DNA of 13,712 nt, from assembly GCF_006345805.1 (NCBI RefSeq), contig NW_021826066.1, positions 1-13,712 of the forward strand. The letters are read 5' to 3'. How positions within the stretch are numbered: position 1 is the first letter of the stretch; each line of letters starts with the position of its first letter. This DNA is from Octopus sinensis (lineage: Eukaryota). Below the pieces are notes generated by a model. It did no database searches and had not been told where the DNA came from. It saw only the letters and a list, made by a program, of their open reading frames with translations. The position numbers and the translations under genes are program-made. This document shows, piece after piece, positions 8,711 through 13,712 of the stretch.

Positions 8711-9585
8711 TAACAATTGTTTGATTTTATGTAGATTACATCTCTGAGAAATTGGGTTGTTTCTGGTAATCTGACAGAACTTTTCTCAATTTCGAAATAA
8801 AAGAAGAGCAAAGCTGATCGGGTAGGATTTGAAAGCGAAACACAAAGTAACTTCAAGTTAAGACTCCATAAAGCATATGGTTGGACATTTAATTATTTCA
8901 TTCAATTAAACTCACAACCTCTCTCCTAAATTAATTAAAAATACCAAAAAAATATGATAGTTTTTAGTCATTTTGTGATAATAAGGTTGTTGATGATCAT
9001 AGACATATTAAAAATTTAATAGAAAAAAATTATGGATATATGGTTTGAAGTACTTTTATCTTTGCGTACAATCATCTTTCTTTATCTATGTTAAATTATG
9101 TTTAGTTTTATCATCTGAATTTTATTGCTTATATTATTTCAGAAAGATGAGTGTGTCTGGGTGTGTAATAATGTGATTGTTTTAATTACTCGACATATGT
9201 CAATAGAGTAAAACAGAGCAGAAACAAACAAAAAAACAGGCAAAATGAAGTTGAATGCCTAAACTATTAACATAGAAGAAGAGCAAAGTCTACTTAAACA
9301 TGGTGTCAACATTTAATGACGGATTCTTATCATCATATAATTCAAAAAAGACTCAAACAAATACGTATATATAAGCAAAACCAAACACACACACACACAC
9401 ACACACATATACATACATAATGTGACTTTAGCAATAATAATAGTAATAACAAAGTATAGATATTTTGAACAAAGTAGCAACAGAACATATTAGAAAAAGA
9501 TGAATGGGAAGATAATGACATAAAATAATGGTAATAATAGAATAATTCCACAAAAGAGGTAATACCATAGATTATATTTTAGGGA

Positions 9586-10105
9586 CATACATATATATAT
9601 ATACACACACACCCTTCCACACACACACACACATATATATATATATGTATAAATTTATATGTATATATGTATATAGATACACATATATAAATGTGTGTAT
9701 ATATATGTATGTGTGTATGTATATTAATATACATGTATGTATAAGTAAAAATATATTTATTTATATATATATTAACATATCATCATACACATATACATAT
9801 GTATATAGATATATATATATTTACTTATGTATGTGTCTCTGTGTGTATATATATATATACATGCACCCACCACACCCACATAGATATATGTATAAATTTA
9901 TATGTATATATGTATATAGATATACATATGTAAATATATGTATATATGTATATTGATATACATGTATGTATAAGTAAAAATATATTTATATATATATCAA
10001 CATAATTATATATATATATATATACACATATGTGTGTGTGTCTCTGTGTGTATATAAATACATATATATACGTACATACATATATATATATATATATAGA
10101 TATAG
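9586..10105. repeat. Compound TA/CA/TG microsatellite with an approximately 230-240-bp higher-order duplication
   Basis: Anchors ATGTATAAATTTATATG (9645, 9888), GTATAAGTAAAAATATATTT (9739, 9968) and GTGTCTCTGTGTGTATA each occur twice. Confidence 0.88.
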
Positions 10106-10309
10106 TATGTCATAGAGAGCGTGGGGTGAAACAATTCGCATTAGTTATTCTCTTGACATCGCCATTACTTGATTACATCGATGTCAGTCTTTGATAAGTG
10201 TAATTACATTTCTAGAACGTTCGATAAGTATCTACAACATTCTGTTGTAATTATTCTGGCTGTAACGGTTTAATAAGCCATCATTCTGACCCATACTTTA
10301 CTCTTTACC

Positions 10310-10640
10310 ATTATACATACATGCGCGGATACATACATACATACACAACTCAAAAACGCATATATGTACACACCCACAAACATATTCAATACTTTATATG
10401 AACACACGCAAACGCAGACGAGTATGTGTAAATACACACACACACACACCACACACACACACCTATATATATATATATATATATATTTATATTATATATA
10501 TATATATATATAACACACGTATATATATACATATATATAGATATATTCACATATTATTTATGATTTTTACGTGTTTATGTTATACATGCAAATGTATACA
10601 TAGATATATATGCATATACATACCTATATATATATATATA
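10310..10640. repeat. Compound (CATA)/(CA)/(TA) microsatellite
   Basis: Low-complexity runs ending in (TA)n at 10625-10640, abutting the Penelope-like element. Confidence 0.9.
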
Positions 10641-10739
10641 ACGGGAAGCTTTATGAAAATAAACAAAAGACGAAGGCAGGTGGAAAACAAACGAACAATT
10701 GTATTAGTATGGCGCTCAGGAAATATAAATAAAAACAAG

Positions 10740-10775
10740 CTTTAACGTTTCGAGCCTACGCTCTTCAACAGAAAG
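10740..10775 (-). ncRNA. Minimal hammerhead-ribozyme-like motif (PLE type, variant core CUGUUGA)
   Basis: Minus strand reads CTTT-CTGTTGA-A-GAGC-GTAG-GCTC-GAAAC-GTT-AAAG: stem I CUUU/AAAG, stem II GAGC/GCUC with a tetraloop, and a palindromic AACGUU stem III with no loop. Minimal type I hammerheads are an established feature of PLEs. Activity is not shown. Confidence 0.65.
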
Positions 10776-10942
10776 ATACACAGAGAGAGAAAAACACAGA
10801 AAGAAGAAGAAAAAAATGCGTGCAGTAGCTAACGAATCAACATGGCGATCTGATTTCGGCCAGAGGTCAAAGATCAACATGAGACGCGAGAGCGAAATAA
10901 GGGAGATAATAGGTTTGATAAAAGGGTTGAGGGACCAGCTAA

Positions 10943-11290
10943 AGTGCGTGGGAGGGGTCTGGATGTGTGTATGTATAGGGTTGGTGTATGTATTAGTATG
11001 TATAAGGTGTGTGTGTGTGTGGGTGTGTTGGTGTGTGTATGAGAGAGTATTAGTGCGTAAGATTGGTCTGGACGTGCGTATGTATGGGGTTGGTGTATGT
11101 ATTAGTATGATTAGTATGTATTGTACATATTGGTATGTATAGGGTGTGTGTGTGTGTGTGAGAGAGAGTATAGTGCGTATGCGGGGTCTGGACGTGTGTA
11201 TGTATGGTGGTGTTGTGTAAGTATTAGTATGTACTAGTATGTATTAGTACGTATTAGTATGTATTAGTTGGTGTGTGTATTAGTATGGCA
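10943..11290. repeat. About 110-120-bp minisatellite (3 units) with nested GTATTAGTAT 10-mers in the PLE 3' UTR
   Basis: Anchor GGTCTGGA(C/T)GTG(T/C)GTATGTAT at 10956, 11065 and 11185, each preceded by AGTGCGT. Confidence 0.85.
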
Positions 11291-11329
11291 CATCATATGT
11301 GATGTGATGTGTAAAGTCATGTGGTGTAG

Positions 11330-11595
11330 TGAGGAGAAGAGGGGGAGGGGAAGAAGAGGGGAGGAGGAGAGGGGGAGAGGAGAGGATGGGGAGAAGGAAG
11401 GGGATGGGGGGGATGAAGGAGGGAAAGAGGGAGAGGGGGAGAGAGAAAGGGGGAGAGAGGGAGTGAGGGAGCAGAGGGAAGGGGAAGAGGGGAGGGAGAA
11501 AGAGGAAGAAGGGAAGGGGAGAGTAGGGTGAAAGGATGAAGGACTGAAGAGGTAGGGGTCGGGGGAGAAAAGGATAGGGTGAGGGGGGGGTGAGG
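11330..11595. repeat. Polypurine (GA/GGA-rich) tract; polypyrimidine on the PLE sense strand
   Basis: Almost only G and A; gives the P/S/L-rich tail of ORF 11264-12265 and the E/G/R-rich ORF 11268-11531. Confidence 0.9.
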
Positions 11596-12196
11596 TTAGA
11601 TGAGGAGGGGGGAGAGTTGAGACCAAATGGCGTATAAGAGCGAAGAGAGAGAAGATTAATTCCTGTTCACGGCGCAAACGGGAATCCGGATGGCCTCTGT
11701 GTAAGGACAAACCGAACACAGATAGGTGTTGCAAGGAGTGACCGGTGGAGCGGAAATGGCGTGAGACCGGTGTGTCGTTCGCAAGGTGGATGTCACTAAG
11801 GTGTTCCGCGAACCGGTCAGCCAAGCGGCGTCCCGTTTGTCCGATGTACAAGGAATTGCAGAGAGAGCAAGAGATGCAATAGATAATATTGCTGGAGGTG
11901 CAGGTGAAGGAGTGGATGATGGGAGAGGGTCGATGGTGGGTGCTAGTGAGGCGGGTGGGTTGGAGAGGTAAGGGCAAGTGCGGCAACGTGGGCGGGAGCA
12001 GGGGAACGAGCCGGTTGGGAGGTAGGGTCAGGGAAGGAGCTATGGACCAAAAGGTCTCGAAGGTGTTGTGGGCTCGTTTGAAAGAGGGGAGGGGTCGGTT
12101 AGGGAAGAGGTGTGAAGTGGACGGGTCGGACTGGAGATGACGGAAAGCTCGAAGAATGGTGCGTTGGAGACGTAGGGTCGTGGTGGTGTGGTAAGT
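11596..12196 (-). pseudogene. Frameshifted C-terminal region of the PLE polyprotein: linker, Cys knuckle and GIY-YIG endonuclease
   Basis: Reconstructed across indels: TYH...RLQRTILRAFRHLQSDP...FKRAHN/LRDLLVHSS...P/(G)SFPCSRPRCRTCPYLSN/(P)TRLT...FTCTSSNIIYCISCSLCNSLYIGQTGRRLADRFAEH...VSRHF...RREQELIFS/LRSYTPFGLN. Shows the IY-CxxC-YIG motif, RxxEH, the second His (RHF), the catalytic Glu (REQ) and the terminal PxGLN typical of PLE endonucleases. Confidence 0.88.
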
Positions 12197-12199
12197 GAA

Positions 12200-12222
12200 T
12201 ATAGATATATATACATATATAT

Positions 12223-12253
<31 letters not shown>

Positions 12254-12500
12254 GCCTCCATGCATATATATGTATTTATATATCCATCGTTACTCATCGC
12301 TACATGTATGTATATTTGTGTTTGTGAATGTGTTGTATTTGCGTGCGTTTGTGTGTATACGGTGCACACGTGGTTTGTGCGCGTATATTTATAGATGCAT
12401 AAACACACAGAAACGTACATGCACGTATATATATAATATTAATATACATGTATATATATATATACATACATACATGTATATATTTATATTTTGCATATTG
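12200..12500. repeat. Compound (TA)n/(TG)n microsatellite
   Basis: TA runs at about 12200-12252 and 12425-12485; accounts for the ORFs at 12040-12614. Confidence 0.9.
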
Positions 12501-12729
12501 AACGTGGCTGAAATCCATTGGAAAAATATACAATAATGAAATATACACACTGTTATTACTTACTGTTGATATGACTTCAACTGATACATTTGGAATATAC
12601 TTGTCTAACGACACCTCTCAATGCTTATTACTATAACCAGACACATAAATATACACATATATACATATCCACTTGCATGCCAACGTACGGAAGATCTCGG
12701 GTGTTTAGTTATTTTGTAATGTCTGTCAA

Positions 12730-13117
12730 TCTTTATATATAAAAGTAAGTTGGTGTGTCTGTCTCCTACGATTTAGATTCTTAACTTCTCCCACATTTTG
12801 CGGTGCAGTTAACAAAAACCGGGTATCTTATAGTCGTGATTCATATCGAGCCCTTCTGGGTATTAGCGCGCGCTACGAGAGTCTACGGTTTTAAAATAAT
12901 TACCATCATTTTTTCCATTTTAATGCATTTTTTCGCTATTATATAAGGGAAGTAACTCTCTAAAAATGTGTACGATGAGTAAACGATTTAAAAAAATTTA
13001 CATCATTTTTTTTCCGTTTTTTAATGCATTTTTTGCTATTTTTTGGCTATAACTCTCTAAAAATGTTTTATAGTTATTTCCCTTACAAACCGGAGCAACG
13101 CCGGGCGATACTGCTAG
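12730..13117 (+). mobile_element. Non-autonomous Helitron (388 bp)
   Basis: Begins TC (TCTTTATATATAAAAG) right after A12729 and ends CTAG (13114-13117) right before T13118. GC-rich hairpin CCGG-AGCAACG-CCGG at 13090-13104, 9 nt upstream of CTAG. No TSD. Internal approximately 97-bp tandem duplication (12874-12970, 12971-13067). Confidence 0.8.
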
Positions 13118-13198
13118 TTATTAATAAAAATAGATAAAAAATAAACTATATATATTCATGTTCTGAATACTATTTTACCTGTTTGCATCACGAAGCCC

Positions 13199-13220
13199 CC
13201 CTCTCTCTCTCTATATATAT

Positions 13221-13253
<33 letters not shown>

Positions 13254-13285
13254 TAATAATAATAATATAATAATAATAATATATA
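13199..13285. repeat. (CT)n(TA)n(TAA)n compound microsatellite
   Basis: Consecutive CT, TA and TAA runs. Confidence 0.93.
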
Positions 13286-13450
13286 GGCGTAGGAGTGGCT
13301 GTGTGGTAAGTAGCCTTACCTACAACCACACGGTTCCGGGTTCAGTCCCACTGCGTGGCACCTTGGGCAATTGTCTTCTGCTATAGCCTCGCGCCGACCA
13401 AAGCCTTGTGAGTGAATTTGGTAGGCGGAAACGGAAAGAAGCCCGTCGTA
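13286..13450 (+). mobile_element. Family-A tRNA-derived SINE (5' module)
   Basis: GGCGTAGGAG head, A-box-like TGGCTGTGTGG (13296-13306), B-box GGTTCAGTCCC (13339-13349), ends GAAGCCCGTCGTA followed by (TA)n. Confidence 0.9.
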
Positions 13451-13488
13451 TACAGGTATATATATATATATATTATATATATATATAT

Positions 13489-13712
13489 ATACGCACTTAT
13501 ACTCTCTCATACACACACACACACACACTTATACATACTAATACGTACTAATACATACTAATACATACTAATACATACACCAACCCCATACATACGCACG
13601 TCCACCCCAATCCTACGCACTAATACTCTCTCATACACACACACACACACACACCCTTATACATACTAATACATACACCAACCCTATACATACACACGTC
13701 CAGACCCCTCCT
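13489..13712 (+). mobile_element. Second, more truncated PLE fragment (3' UTR minisatellite), inverted relative to the first and running off the window
   Basis: Reverse complement of 13489-13712 aligns with about 10950-11180 (GGAGGGGTCTGGAYGTGTGTATGTATAGGGTTGGTGTATGTATTAGTATGTATAAGG...GAGAGAGTAT(T)AGTGCGTA). Starts directly after (TA)n. Confidence 0.8.

Larger units (their letters stand above)
10641..12197 (-). mobile_element. 5'-truncated Penelope-like retroelement (PLE), Neptune-type
   Basis: GIY-YIG endonuclease coding remnant (11596-12196), pyrimidine-rich and minisatellite 3' UTR, and a hammerhead-like motif near the 3' end (10740-10775), with (TA)n on both sides. No RT core is present. 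Boundaries are inferred from the transitions to (TA)n. Confidence 0.85.

Noticed and set aside
10154-10186. 8-bp inverted repeat TGACATCG...CGATGTCA
   Set aside because: Too short to exceed chance expectation, and there is no supporting context.
10816-12140. Plus-strand ORFs 10816-11142, 11268-11531, 11786-11971 and 11889-12140
   Set aside because: Antisense shadows of the PLE coding region, polypurine tract and minisatellite.
11264-12265. The 333-aa ORF as an intact protein-coding gene
   Set aside because: The start Met lies in flanking (TA)n sequence, the middle is out of frame, and the C-terminal third is low-complexity UTR; it is a truncated PLE remnant with no RT core.
13286-13360. tRNA-like heads of families A and B as real tRNA genes
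   Set aside because: A/B boxes are present, but I cannot build a canonical cloverleaf with a 7-nt anticodon loop, and each head runs into a SINE body.
46-13528. The many 60-126-aa ORFs rich in H/T/Y/I/C/V/M (e.g. 46-406, 2310-2763, 3226-3689, 9645-9956, 12040-12614)
   Set aside because: They are translations of CA/TA/TG/TATG microsatellites, which lack stop codons in some frames; not genes.

Overview
AT-rich, repeat-dominated eukaryotic (animal) non-coding DNA. From my recollection of its SINE families it is most likely octopus/cephalopod; this is an inference, not a database result. No intact host gene can be supported, and most listed ORFs are microsatellite or antisense-SINE artefacts. 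Contents: (1) Many compound microsatellites. (2) Two tRNA-derived SINE families, here called A and B. Family B occurs as a monomer, a trimer, a fold-back dimer and a chimeric dimer. All four multimer junctions share one breakpoint (AAAGAAATA|(G/C)GTATTTCG), which lies in the loop of a hairpin in the tRNA-like head. (3) A 5'-truncated Penelope-like element (Neptune-type GIY-YIG endonuclease) on the minus strand, about 10641-12197. It has frameshifts, a minisatellite 3' UTR and a minimal hammerhead-ribozyme-like motif with a variant core, and is flanked by (TA)n. A second, inverted fragment of it starts at about 13489 and runs off the window. (4) A complete 388-bp non-autonomous Helitron. (5) A degenerate mariner-type MITE.
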